Of a stretch of 52,584 bases of DNA, positions 1 through 8,384 are shown piece after piece (the stretch's first letter is position 1; each line of letters starts with the position of its first letter). The position numbers and the translations under genes were made by a program. The DNA lies in IMG/VR virus record IMGVR_UViG_3300006802_016771, positions 1-52,584 of that record; one strand, written 5' to 3'. This stretch comes from a virus (taxonomy: Duplodnaviria > Caudoviricetes). A model generated the notes under the pieces. It ran no database searches. It worked only from the letters and a program-made list of their open reading frames with translations, and was not told the origin of the DNA.

Positions 1-92
1 AGGGGCGGACCTGCGAGAGATTACCATAGGTTAAGAGATTCCTTTTCTTTTAATCGTACATATGACTCAATACCCACAGCCCGACCAATAGT

Positions 93-101
93 ATTATACC
101 A
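93..101 (-). promoter_or_regulatory. extended -10 promoter (TGgTATAAT) firing leftwards out of the window
   Basis: Minus strand reads ...gatgTGgTATAATactat in the gap downstream of ORF 124..351. Confidence 0.5.
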
Positions 102-123
102 CATCCTAGTATTGTCATCATCT

Positions 124-351
124 CTATCCCTCATTATCGAAACCAGCTTCTGATGTTCCTGTTATTATCTCCTCAATAGCTTCAAAGTAATCTAGGAATG
201 GTATCTTAAGTAATACTTTCTTACCATTCTTGATTAAGAAATACTCATCATGCGAACCATCATCATTGAAGTCATGATGGTATGTTGATTTTGTTGAGTT
301 GTTAGGATCAATCGCTTCCTTTAACATTTTCTTTTCTTTTTGACTTAGCAT
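124..351 (-). CDS. hypothetical protein, 75 aa
   Basis: Co-oriented ORF; GTTGACT (381-387) lies 29 nt upstream of the ATG, compatible with a sigma70-type promoter and leaderless start. Confidence 0.6.
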   Translation of the reverse strand: MLSQKEKKMLKEAIDPNNSTKSTYHHDFNDDGSHDEYFLIKNGKKVLLKIPFLDYFEAIEEIITGTSEAGFDNEG

Positions 352-382
352 ATTAACGAACTATGACGAAGTGGTGTTGTAG

Positions 383-1123
383 TCAACACGATACGAACGG
401 GTAATGATTTATAAGCAACTCAGGGAGTAATATTTGATTTGGCTGATCACACTCATGCGGTAACTCTTGCTGGTTTGGCTTGATTGTATCAAAATACTGT
501 TTATGTAGAAATGTTAATTCAATAATTATCGGTACTAATACACCATCTATTTCAGTGTATTTGTTAGAAACATTTGAATTAGTGTTATTACCATGAGCGT
601 GAATGAGCGCGTGTGTTTTGTTAATTTTCTCAATGATCTTACTATTCTTGTATCTGGGATGACCCAGCATATGAACTTCAACAAAAATTTGATCTAGTTT
701 GTGAATATACTCTTCGAGTAGCCAATCAAAATATTTGTATTCTCCACCTTCAATGTCCAGTTTTAATGATATTCTATCATATGAATGAAAGTATTCCTCG
801 AAATTGGTCTTAGTTGGTGCATTGTACACATCAACCATTTTCTCAAAGAAATTCAGCTTATTGTAGTGTGAGTGGTTTTTAAAACGATTATCAGCTAGGA
901 AATCCGATAGACTGCCACGATTACCGAACTGATGGTCGTAACACATCGCATCGCAATGATTATTTTCAACATAATCTAACTCAAACGAAATATCATTACC
1001 AATACCTCCAGATAGTAAAACATCTGAAGAGATTCTAACCCCAACATAACCACCGTCTCCTGCACGGCCATATCTCTTCTTTTCGAGAGGAGATTCATAC
1101 ACTATAAAATCTTCAATCTTCAA
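383..1123 (-). CDS. FkbM/Methyltransf_22-like SAM-dependent methyltransferase
   Basis: RYGRAGDGGYV, SGGIGNDISFE, LKLDIEGGEY, QIFVEVH and HAHGNN motifs typical of this family. Confidence 0.8.
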   Translation of the reverse strand: MKIEDFIVYESPLEKKRYGRAGDGGYVGVRISSDVLLSGGIGNDISFELDYVENNHCDAMCYDHQFGNRGSLSDFLADNRFKNHSHYNKLNFFEKMVDVYNAPTKTNFEEYFHSYDRISLKLDIEGGEYKYFDWLLEEYIHKLDQIFVEVHMLGHPRYKNSKIIEKINKTHALIHAHGNNTNSNVSNKYTEIDGVLVPIIIELTFLHKQYFDTIKPNQQELPHECDQPNQILLPELLINHYPFVSC

Positions 1124-1421
1124 GCTTATTATTCATTCTCCTTGCAGCCTCACTAACTAATGCTCCTATGCCTGCACCTACCAAGGTTCTTCTTCCAAAC
1201 ATGCGTCGGTTGGATTTTTGCCTCTCTAACTTAAGTCTTTTACTTTCGTGAATATAAGTACCGAGAGGCGTTACTGTGGTTCTATATTTTCCTGTAAGCC
1301 CACCCATTGCCGCTCCTATTGCTGCTGACGATGCATAACCCGCTTTATTATCCTTCGCTTTTCTCTTTTCAAATTCATGTAATTCAAAGGATGCTCTTCC
1401 TAGTTGTATTAATTCATTCAT
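1113..1421 (-). CDS. small basic Gly-zipper protein (putative internal virion protein)
   Basis: K/R-rich; AAIGAAMGGLTG and LVGAGIGALVS segments; N-terminal ELIQLG..ELHEFE linker-like motif. Confidence 0.65.
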   Translation of the reverse strand: MNELIQLGRASFELHEFEKRKAKDNKAGYASSAAIGAAMGGLTGKYRTTVTPLGTYIHESKRLKLERQKSNRRMFGRRTLVGAGIGALVSEAARRMNNKLED

Positions 1422-1422
1422 A

Positions 1423-1761
1423 TTAACAATTCCATGCCCGTAGGCTTTTATTTATTCGTGAGTTAGGGTCGCTTGCGGTCTTTGCGCTAGTGCGTCTCTT
1501 CTTCATGCCTTCCATGCGAGCACAGAATGATGCACGACGCTTAGCTGCCTTGCCGCCTTTCTTTAACTTAGATGGGTCTTTAGTTACCGCAGTCTTGAGC
1601 TTACTACCTGGATTCTCTCTGCGATAACTCTCTACGCCTTTTTGATTTAGTCCACCTGATGCACGCTTGCCTGCTTTGCGTGTCCATGCCGCTGAACCAA
1701 ACTCAAGCAAACTATCCAATGCACTTAGCTTTACTTTCCGTAGGTGTGGGTTATTTCGCAT
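1423..1761 (-). CDS. basic protein, DUF6321-like, preceded by an LSALDSLLEFG linker
   Basis: AWTRKAGK..GGLNQKG..SYRRENPGSKLK..RRASFCARM..DPNSRINKSLRAWNC resembles, from recall, the phage DUF6321 family. Confidence 0.75.
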   Translation of the reverse strand: MRNNPHLRKVKLSALDSLLEFGSAAWTRKAGKRASGGLNQKGVESYRRENPGSKLKTAVTKDPSKLKKGGKAAKRRASFCARMEGMKKRRTSAKTASDPNSRINKSLRAWNC

Positions 1762-2452
1762 GTGGCCCCCGTAGCTTAGCCTTTTTCTTTAATGAATAGC
1801 CCTGCTCGGTATATGAATCCACCAATTTTCTATATTTTTTAATATCTTTAGCCTTCTTCCAGCCTTGCTTTTTGGGAAATTTTTCATCAGGGACTACGCG
1901 AACCATGTCTTCATCTACACCTTTTTGCCTAGCCATTTTCAAGAATTTCTTGATCTGCTTTTTTCTACCAAACTCTAATGGCTCATCTTTTGCTTCCATT
2001 TCTCTATTAGCTTTCGCTAGGCATTTGCCTGCCTTATTACATTTATTTGCGTGTGGGCAAGTTTTGCATGGATTAAATGGTCTAGCTAACTCGATCAAGC
2101 GATCATGTGCACTCATCTCGGTCTTTTTCTTGCGTTTGCCAGCTACATATCCACTTGTAGTACCAGCTACTGCACCTGCACCTGCGATGCCTGCGACCTT
2201 GCCCACTTTACTTGCTTTAGCGCGAGCTGCCATCATTTGTTTTCTAGCTTCCGCTTTCTTAGCCATTGCACTGCTATATTTTGATGATGGACCAAGGCTG
2301 AATGGATCAAGTGTTTTTATTCGCTCTTTGATGCCCTTCTTGCCTTTTGCTTTTTCAGCTGCGGCTTTCGCTTTAGCGTAGTCTCTACCTGATGCCTTGT
2401 TGGCATAGTCTAAGATTCTACTCTTTAATTCTTTTAGTCTTTTTAAATTCAC
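1751..2452 (-). CDS. modular basic protein with Gly zipper and 4-Cys motif
   Basis: K-rich; AGIAGAGAVAG; linkers EMSAHDRLIELA and EMEAKDEPLEFG; CKTCPHANKCNKAGKC. Confidence 0.75.
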   Translation of the reverse strand: MNLKRLKELKSRILDYANKASGRDYAKAKAAAEKAKGKKGIKERIKTLDPFSLGPSSKYSSAMAKKAEARKQMMAARAKASKVGKVAGIAGAGAVAGTTSGYVAGKRKKKTEMSAHDRLIELARPFNPCKTCPHANKCNKAGKCLAKANREMEAKDEPLEFGRKKQIKKFLKMARQKGVDEDMVRVVPDEKFPKKQGWKKAKDIKKYRKLVDSYTEQGYSLKKKAKLRGPHAK

Positions 2453-3072
2453 GATTCTAATACTCTTTTTGTGATTCTTTTTGAGCCTGATTGCTCAGCT
2501 TGCTTAAGCCTACCTTTAAGCCTCATGCGCTCTTTGTTTTCTTTTATGACATCCTTTACCTTAATACCATTTGGCATGGTGTGGTATGGCTTACTATCCA
2601 CCTTACGCTTTAAGGATTTAAGTGCTCTACGAAAATGTGCTGAGTGACCAAACTCAATGATGTGCTGTCGGAGGGCTGACATATAGTTATTCTTTTTCTT
2701 ACTCCTCCTGTGCCCCTCTTTACCTTTCCTCATTCTGCGCTTACGAGCTTCCGCTGGCGAGAGTGGGTCTTGCTCGCGAACTATTCTTCCATCTTTATCT
2801 ATTGGATCAGTCTTCTCCCATGGTTTCTTACCCTGATTTCTACCATGCTTCTCAAGTGCTTTTTGCCTTCTGCCTAAACGAGCTAACCCTCTAGAGCCAA
2901 ACTCAAGGAGGTCACCCAAGCTTGATAGTTGAACATTTCTTTTCTTCATTGCTTGATTTATAAGTTTTTGACGCTTATTTGGGTCTACAATATTCGCAAA
3001 TTGTCTCTTAATTGAGAGAATGCTATCTAGTCTATATCTGAGCCTATTCTGCATCGTCATCTTCCTCATCAT
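2449..3072 (-). CDS. modular basic protein (start may be one of the downstream Mets)
   Basis: K/R-rich; linkers QLSSLGDLLEFG and YMSALRQHIIEFG. Confidence 0.75.
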   Translation of the reverse strand: MMRKMTMQNRLRYRLDSILSIKRQFANIVDPNKRQKLINQAMKKRNVQLSSLGDLLEFGSRGLARLGRRQKALEKHGRNQGKKPWEKTDPIDKDGRIVREQDPLSPAEARKRRMRKGKEGHRRSKKKNNYMSALRQHIIEFGHSAHFRRALKSLKRKVDSKPYHTMPNGIKVKDVIKENKERMRLKGRLKQAEQSGSKRITKRVLES

Positions 3073-3247
3073 CCAATGAGAAATCTGCCTCGAAGTCTAC
3101 GACATCCTCATCAAAGTAATCATCAATAGCCGCATCAACGCATTGCAAGATGTCTACTTCCGTTAGGTCGCTCTCCTCTTCCCATCTATGGAAGAGACAC
3201 TTTAACTCATGGATGACTTGTTTTCTTGCTTCTGCTGCTTGACTCAC
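3044..3247 (-). CDS. small very acidic protein
   Basis: GTG start 14 nt after GTTGACA; D/E-rich tail DFEADFSLDDEEDDDAE. Confidence 0.7.
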   Translation of the reverse strand: MSQAAEARKQVIHELKCLFHRWEEESDLTEVDILQCVDAAIDDYFDEDVVDFEADFSLDDEEDDDAE

Positions 3248-3261
3248 AAAATAGACCGCTG

Positions 3262-3268
3262 TGTCAAC
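3262..3268 (-). promoter_or_regulatory. GTTGACA element, 14 nt before the start at 3247
   Basis: GTTGACA-cagcggtctatttt-GTG. Confidence 0.7.
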
Positions 3269-3331
3269 GATCGTAGAGCCAAGATACCAATATAAGAAAT
3301 GTAAATACGAGACAGAATAGAGTGATGAGGC

Positions 3332-3703
3332 TCACTTCTTAGCTCTAATGTGTGAGTGAATATATTCCCTCCAGCACATAGCAAATGTTTTAGCATCCTC
3401 CTCATTGTCCACTGTTACTGGATAATTTGGCCAAACAAAGTCGGGGTCAAACTCATAAAGAGCCTTTAATGTTAGTGGCGTGCCATCTTTTAGGAATATT
3501 TTATATTTACCTATTTCTGATGGATGAACATCCATCTTTGGCTCTACTTTTTGATAGTCAATTAATTCTCCTTTTTCTTTCATGGCATTCTGTAAATAGT
3601 TAAATGCATAGGTAGAAAGAAAATCATATTTAGCCTTTTGTGCCAGTATTTTATCGCGAACGGACCTACAGATTTTGTTACCAATCTGGTCATAAGTCTT
3701 CAT
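3332..3703 (-). CDS. hypothetical protein (start probably MKTYDQ at 3703)
   Basis: ORF track 3332..3757; the internal ATG gives a short overlap with the upstream gene. Confidence 0.6.
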   Translation of the reverse strand: MKTYDQIGNKICRSVRDKILAQKAKYDFLSTYAFNYLQNAMKEKGELIDYQKVEPKMDVHPSEIGKYKIFLKDGTPLTLKALYEFDPDFVWPNYPVTVDNEEDAKTFAMCWREYIHSHIRAKK

Positions 3704-3938
3704 TCTTATTAACAAATAAACATATCTTCGCGCCTTTTGGCAAGTCAGAAATATCAAATATATTTATCGTTAACTCTGGATACATATGCGATAGGTAGTT
3801 CTTTAGTGATTTCTTTCTATTATATATATTGTCTTCCTTATCAAATATCGTGACACTATGTTTCCTTGAACTAGAGAACTTTTGCAAAAGCGTCTCTAGC
3901 TCCCTATATCTTTCCAAGCTTATCGTACTCTCTAACAT
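3690..3938 (-). CDS. hypothetical protein
   Basis: Co-oriented ORF filling the gap after the methyltransferase. Confidence 0.55.
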   Translation of the reverse strand: MLESTISLERYRELETLLQKFSSSRKHSVTIFDKEDNIYNRKKSLKNYLSHMYPELTINIFDISDLPKGAKICLFVNKNEDL

Positions 3939-5661
3939 CTTCTTGGTGTAATACTAGTAATTCACTAAATGCTTTAGCTGCAGTCAACCAAACAACACCA
4001 TTGCCAAGCATTCTTAGTCGTTCAATTCTAGTTTCGTGTAACCCGCGGGTAACAACATCAGACTCTCCACCCAATCTGGGTTCAACTTCCTCGTCTTCTC
4101 TTGATTCGCTGCTTGACCGCAGAGTGTGTTCTCCTTCTCTATCCCCCTCTTCTTCGTATTCATCATCAGATTCGATGCATCCAGAGTTCTTGGAGTCGCC
4201 CAAGATTGTCCTTGGTGCTTCCCATGGGTATTGTGGTCTCCCTGGTCTTGCTGGCCATTTGATGACTGGGTGAGTTCCTTCAATATTGATTCTGTATTCT
4301 CCGTCAACTCTTCTGCTACTCGGGAAGCCTTCATCATATATTCTGGCGAGTGCAAGGCAGTGCTCTGTTTCACCGCAATTCTCAAGGGTTTGTGTAGGTT
4401 GATGCCCTCCTTCTCCTTCCTTGCCTTCCTCTTCTCCCAAGTTTCCATAGACTCCGTTAGGTGATCCGATACTATTGGTGTTGGCCATTTCTCCATCGCA
4501 TTTACAGCTTCTCCTAGCTTCGCGCCAAATACTTCCCCCGACCTCTCTCTCTTCATACGAAATCCTCCAGGGGTAATCTCCGCCGCATTGGGGGCATCGC
4601 CCGTGTCCGACGCTCTCGTCGTTGGCCATAGCTCTGGTATCACTTCCTCCCGCAAGTTCTTGCATCCCCCCTTCTTCTTCGCTTCCTCTAGTTTCTCCAC
4701 ACTCCGAGGTGGCAAAACATCCATCGTTGAGGGGGTAGCCCATTGTTTGTCGAATGCATCCTTCAATTGTTGATTGGCTTCTTTGCTCGCCTCCTTGTAA
4801 GCTTTGACCATCTCTGGGTCTATCTGCTCCCTCAAGTTGCTCGGCTTCTGCCTGTTCTTCCTGTGACCATTCGTAGCCTGTGCCTTCATCGCCTCGTAAC
4901 TCCGACTCGGTAAGTAATCCATTGTGTTGGGTGTTGCCCAGCTCTCCCCCATCCCCTTCTCCACATCTCTCAGTTGAGTCCTGTGCGCTTCCCTCGTCGG
5001 GTCTGCCGCTCCATTCATGTCCGAGACTTGCGGGGTCGGCCAAGTATCCCGTTGTAAGGGCTCTGAACTTGAGTTCATCAATATCGATCCATCCTTGATT
5101 GCCTCGCTTGAATTGATCCCAGGGGGCACTCCGAGGGTCTGATCTAAATGAGAGCGAAAAGATTCGCTTGCGGAGATGTGGCGCACCAACCTCGAACGCA
5201 GAGTATATTCCTCCCTTAACCATGAAACCATCCTCTGCCAAGTCGCTGACAACTGTGTCGAGTCCAAGCGAGACGTGCCCGTCGACGTTTTCTCCGAAGA
5301 ATGCTCTAGCATTACATCCATTAACAACTGCCCTGGTGTATCCCCACATTTTTCCACGCTTCCCCTCCAGTCCCGCTCTATTCCCTGCACTACTAAAGTC
5401 TTGGCATGGATATCCGGCAATGACGAGGTGTACTTTGTCTCGAAAGAGGTGCGCAGGGAATTTGGTAACATCCGTGAAAATAGGGGCTTCATCCATCTCA
5501 CCCCTTTGAATTTTTTGCGCCAAGAGTTCGACTGCATAGGCTTCGATCTCCACATAAGCGACGACTCGCAGGTTTGGTATAACTCTTCGCACTCCGAGGT
5601 CGAGACCTCCGTATCCGCTGAATAAGCTAATGCACGTAACTTCTTTGTCGTAATTATCCAC
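3904..5661 (-). CDS. C5 cytosine DNA methyltransferase, alpha polypeptide (motifs I-VIII and X)
   Basis: SLFSGYGG (I), AGYPCQDFS (IV, catalytic Cys), GENV (VI), PHLRKRIF (VIII), RLRMLGNGVV (X); likely GTG start at 5661 after AGGAGG. Confidence 0.9.
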   Translation of the reverse strand: MDNYDKEVTCISLFSGYGGLDLGVRRVIPNLRVVAYVEIEAYAVELLAQKIQRGEMDEAPIFTDVTKFPAHLFRDKVHLVIAGYPCQDFSSAGNRAGLEGKRGKMWGYTRAVVNGCNARAFFGENVDGHVSLGLDTVVSDLAEDGFMVKGGIYSAFEVGAPHLRKRIFSLSFRSDPRSAPWDQFKRGNQGWIDIDELKFRALTTGYLADPASLGHEWSGRPDEGSAQDSTERCGEGDGGELGNTQHNGLLTESELRGDEGTGYEWSQEEQAEAEQLEGADRPRDGQSLQGGEQRSQSTIEGCIRQTMGYPLNDGCFATSECGETRGSEEEGGMQELAGGSDTRAMANDESVGHGRCPQCGGDYPWRISYEEREVGGSIWREARRSCKCDGEMANTNSIGSPNGVYGNLGEEEGKEGEGGHQPTQTLENCGETEHCLALARIYDEGFPSSRRVDGEYRINIEGTHPVIKWPARPGRPQYPWEAPRTILGDSKNSGCIESDDEYEEEGDREGEHTLRSSSESREDEEVEPRLGGESDVVTRGLHETRIERLRMLGNGVVWLTAAKAFSELLVLHQEDVREYDKLGKI

Positions 5662-5663
5662 AT
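4014..5663 (-). CDS. overlapping alternative-frame protein, putative MTase beta polypeptide (W[PA]TP repeats plus motif IX)
   Basis: 549 stop-free codons overlapping nearly all of the MTase in a second frame; ATG after the same SD; six W[PA]T[PT] repeats; C-terminal LNPDWVESLMLLPAGYT. Confidence 0.75.
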   Translation of the reverse strand: MWIITTKKLRALAYSADTEVSTSECEELYQTCESSLMWRSKPMQSNSWRKKFKGVRWMKPLFSRMLPNSLRTSFETKYTSSLPDIHAKTLVVQGIERDWRGSVEKCGDTPGQLLMDVMLEHSSEKTSTGTSRLDSTQLSATWQRMVSWLREEYTLRSRLVRHISASESFRSHLDQTLGVPPGINSSEAIKDGSILMNSSSEPLQRDTWPTPQVSDMNGAADPTREAHRTQLRDVEKGMGESWATPNTMDYLPSRSYEAMKAQATNGHRKNRQKPSNLREQIDPEMVKAYKEASKEANQQLKDAFDKQWATPSTMDVLPPRSVEKLEEAKKKGGCKNLREEVIPELWPTTRASDTGDAPNAAEITPGGFRMKRERSGEVFGAKLGEAVNAMEKWPTPIVSDHLTESMETWEKRKARKEKEGINLHKPLRIAVKQSTALHSPEYMMKASRVAEELTENTESILKELTQSSNGQQDQGDHNTHGKHQGQSWATPRTLDASNLMMNTKKRGIEKENTLCGQAANQEKTRKLNPDWVESLMLLPAGYTKLELND

Positions 5664-5971
5664 TTCTCCTCCTTGAGTTGTAGTCTAAGTTTAGAATATT
5701 GAAACCCTTCAACAAAAAACAGTAATTCTATTGCTCCATCTTTGTCAGATATTGAAGCGGATATTGATGCAGGTGTTTCCCCAAATAATATTTTATCTAT
5801 ATCCCACCCCTTAGTTCTTGCCACCATTTTACACAATTCAAACATCCATTTATGAGCCTGTGGCAAAAAATTATGCCATGCTTTCTCTTTGGCTCTAAAC
5901 GCACATATCATGGGGATTAGTAGTCTTAATTCGGGCCCAGGGGCAGTGTTGTATTCTAAATCACAAATCAT
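5654..5971 (-). CDS. hypothetical protein
   Basis: Co-oriented ORF with short overlaps to both neighbours. Confidence 0.6.
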   Translation of the reverse strand: MICDLEYNTAPGPELRLLIPMICAFRAKEKAWHNFLPQAHKWMFELCKMVARTKGWDIDKILFGETPASISASISDKDGAIELLFFVEGFQYSKLRLQLKEEKCG

Positions 5972-6230
5972 TTTCTTTTATTTCTATTTCCTTTATATCC
6001 TTCAGGAAAATTATTCTATCATCACCATCTAAAACGCTCTTGTCAAAGATGCCATCACGGGAAATTGATAGAATATTACCCCTCAAACAATCATAAACTA
6101 CTAGCGTCTCAAAGTTTATGACTTTCTTAATCCAATCATTATTCCATTTTATTTTATCGCTATATACCCTCATAGAGTACACAGTACCATTGAGGTCTCC
6201 CATATAGTTTCCATTATTGAATAATCTCAT
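5961..6230 (-). CDS. hypothetical protein
   Basis: Co-oriented ORF. Confidence 0.55.
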   Translation of the reverse strand: MRLFNNGNYMGDLNGTVYSMRVYSDKIKWNNDWIKKVINFETLVVYDCLRGNILSISRDGIFDKSVLDGDDRIIFLKDIKEIEIKENDL

Positions 6231-6319
6231 ATCAAAGGGAGGTGGAAGAGAGAGAGGTAGGAGGAACCTCCCCCTCTTTTACCCCATATGCCAGAGGGTT
6301 CCACCAAATGTTATTGTAG

Positions 6320-6344
6320 GTAGGGGGGCTTAAGCCCTCCCTAC
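6320..6344. repeat. GC-rich palindrome in the intergenic region downstream of the primase-helicase
   Basis: gtaggggggctt|aagccctccctac, inverted repeat with one bulge centred on CTTAAG. Confidence 0.7.
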
Positions 6345-6389
6345 TACTAACAGGTAGACCCTTATCTATTATAAGCGTTTTGACTTGGG

Positions 6390-8384
6390 TCATACCTCTA
6401 TAATAATCTTCTCAGGTTTACGAACCATTGTTCTTCTCCCTGGAGAGGATTCCTTTTCAATTCTAAGTTCTTTAACAGCCGCAGAAATCTGTCTCTTGAC
6501 TGTTGTAGCAGAGTGTCCTTGCTCAACCATCTTATTAACCAAATCCTGTTGCGGTAGCCATTCGCCTTTCTTTAGCTTTGATAGATATTCTATTGCATCA
6601 GGTATGCAATCGTCTGCCTGTGGTCTACCGCCTGGTCTTTTCAACTTCTGTGGGTCTAGCTCGTCAACTCTTTCAAACAAAGGGAATTTCATCTTCACAA
6701 CAAAAGGCTCAGGCGTTTCAAAGTTTCGCACTGTTGCATCCACGGTGAAACACCCGTGTTCTTCATGCTCGGTCATAACAAGAATAGTATCAGGTGATCT
6801 AGCGAAAACACCACTGCCTGAAATTCTATCAATTGGAGACTTGGCTGCTTGATTTCCCTTTGAGAAGTGTGTAGCGAAAACTACCGCGGCACCTGTCTCT
6901 AGAGCTAGATGCTCCATTTCATTCATAAGCGAATTGATATCACCCGCGGCATTTTCGTCACGATTACCTAATGTCTTATAGATAGGATCAAGTATAACCA
7001 TGGCAAAATTAGCATTCGCCATCACTCTAGTAAACTTTGGTCTAATGTTTTCCAAAGCTTGAGCCCGACCTCTCAAATTCCATATGTATAAATTGTCAGA
7101 TGGTATATCTATACCCTTAGCATCACATATGCTCTTAACTCTCTCCCTCATGTAATACTCAGGAATCTCAAAGTTTATGTATAAACATTTACCTTGAGTT
7201 GTATTCATGCCCCAAAATGGCACACCATTAGCAGTGGAGATAGCCATATCTAAGAGTGACCAACTTTTATAAGTTTTAGAGCTACCACCAATAACTAATG
7301 ATAACTGCCTATGCAGTAAGCCCTCAATTATCTCGGGAGGCTCAGACAAATCTTCGTTATAAAACTCCTCTTGGGTTTGTATCTCAGGGAACTTATCAGT
7401 TATATGAGACTCCCAATCTTTCCATGACTTTGAGCCAATATTCGTAGCCAAAAGAGTTTGTGCTTTCCCCGTGTCACCTCTCGTGCAACCAGGTAATCTA
7501 GATAATCTTGATGGGTCGCTATTTTGCGTATCTACATCATACTCACTAAAGTGATCAAATAATAAAGCCACCCGCTCATCATATTGCTTTTGATCCCGAG
7601 CATTAACTCTGACGATGGCATGAAGCGACTTATTTCCGCTGTAGCAAACTGCTGCACAAGGTATCTTGCTTTTCTTTATTAACTGCCATTGTTGCTTTAA
7701 TGAAATTGTATCAAATTCAACAAGAGCATGATCATAACGCTGTATATTGTGTCGCTTGCGACCTTCCTTTACTTCCCTTAGTGGATTAATGGAGAAATAT
7801 AAACCTTGGTTAATTTTCCCATTCTTATCACTTGCCGAAAATATCTCTGTTACATCACCACCCTTGGATTCTATCCTCTTTGTCCATTCCTCGCATTTGA
7901 GTATGGGCATTGCACCAACGGGAGACTCACCTCCATTTTCATTTCTCTTAGCTACAACTATTTGTATTTTATCTTCTGGCGAAAATAATGCATTAAGGAA
8001 ATTAATAGTTGGATTCTCTAAAGGCTCTGGTATTTCATCAGCTTCATCCAAAGCATATATAACAGGCTCTTTCTCCTCTATTGGTTGTTGAAACTGAAAG
8101 TTATAATCTCTTTGTACACGCATCGGTCTGTCCATTGTGCGACCATGACCTATTTCATCTCTAGGCGGTCTTGATAAAACTGACTTTATAGTAGCATTTA
8201 TCTCCGCCTCTCTTAATCCATCTAAAGCGCCACGTCTATGTAACACTTCAAACATTCTTTGTGGCTCCCACTTTGCATCACGCAACTGGCAAGCCGCATC
8301 CATTAATGCACCATTCCGTTGACCTTCGGGTGCTCCATATTTTAAATATTCCTCCGTCTTTTGGGGGATTCTTCCATAATCCAT
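6390..8384 (-). CDS. primase-helicase (PriCT-like N-terminus, RepB-type primase, AAA_25 helicase)
   Basis: GQRNGALMDAAC; LVEFD..YSGNKSLHA..DPSRLSRLPG; Walker A GGSSKTYKS, Walker B ILDPIY, THFSKG, ISGSG; GGAGG before the ATG at 8384. Confidence 0.85.
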   Translation of the reverse strand: MDYGRIPQKTEEYLKYGAPEGQRNGALMDAACQLRDAKWEPQRMFEVLHRRGALDGLREAEINATIKSVLSRPPRDEIGHGRTMDRPMRVQRDYNFQFQQPIEEKEPVIYALDEADEIPEPLENPTINFLNALFSPEDKIQIVVAKRNENGGESPVGAMPILKCEEWTKRIESKGGDVTEIFSASDKNGKINQGLYFSINPLREVKEGRKRHNIQRYDHALVEFDTISLKQQWQLIKKSKIPCAAVCYSGNKSLHAIVRVNARDQKQYDERVALLFDHFSEYDVDTQNSDPSRLSRLPGCTRGDTGKAQTLLATNIGSKSWKDWESHITDKFPEIQTQEEFYNEDLSEPPEIIEGLLHRQLSLVIGGSSKTYKSWSLLDMAISTANGVPFWGMNTTQGKCLYINFEIPEYYMRERVKSICDAKGIDIPSDNLYIWNLRGRAQALENIRPKFTRVMANANFAMVILDPIYKTLGNRDENAAGDINSLMNEMEHLALETGAAVVFATHFSKGNQAAKSPIDRISGSGVFARSPDTILVMTEHEEHGCFTVDATVRNFETPEPFVVKMKFPLFERVDELDPQKLKRPGGRPQADDCIPDAIEYLSKLKKGEWLPQQDLVNKMVEQGHSATTVKRQISAAVKELRIEKESSPGRRTMVRKPEKIIIEV

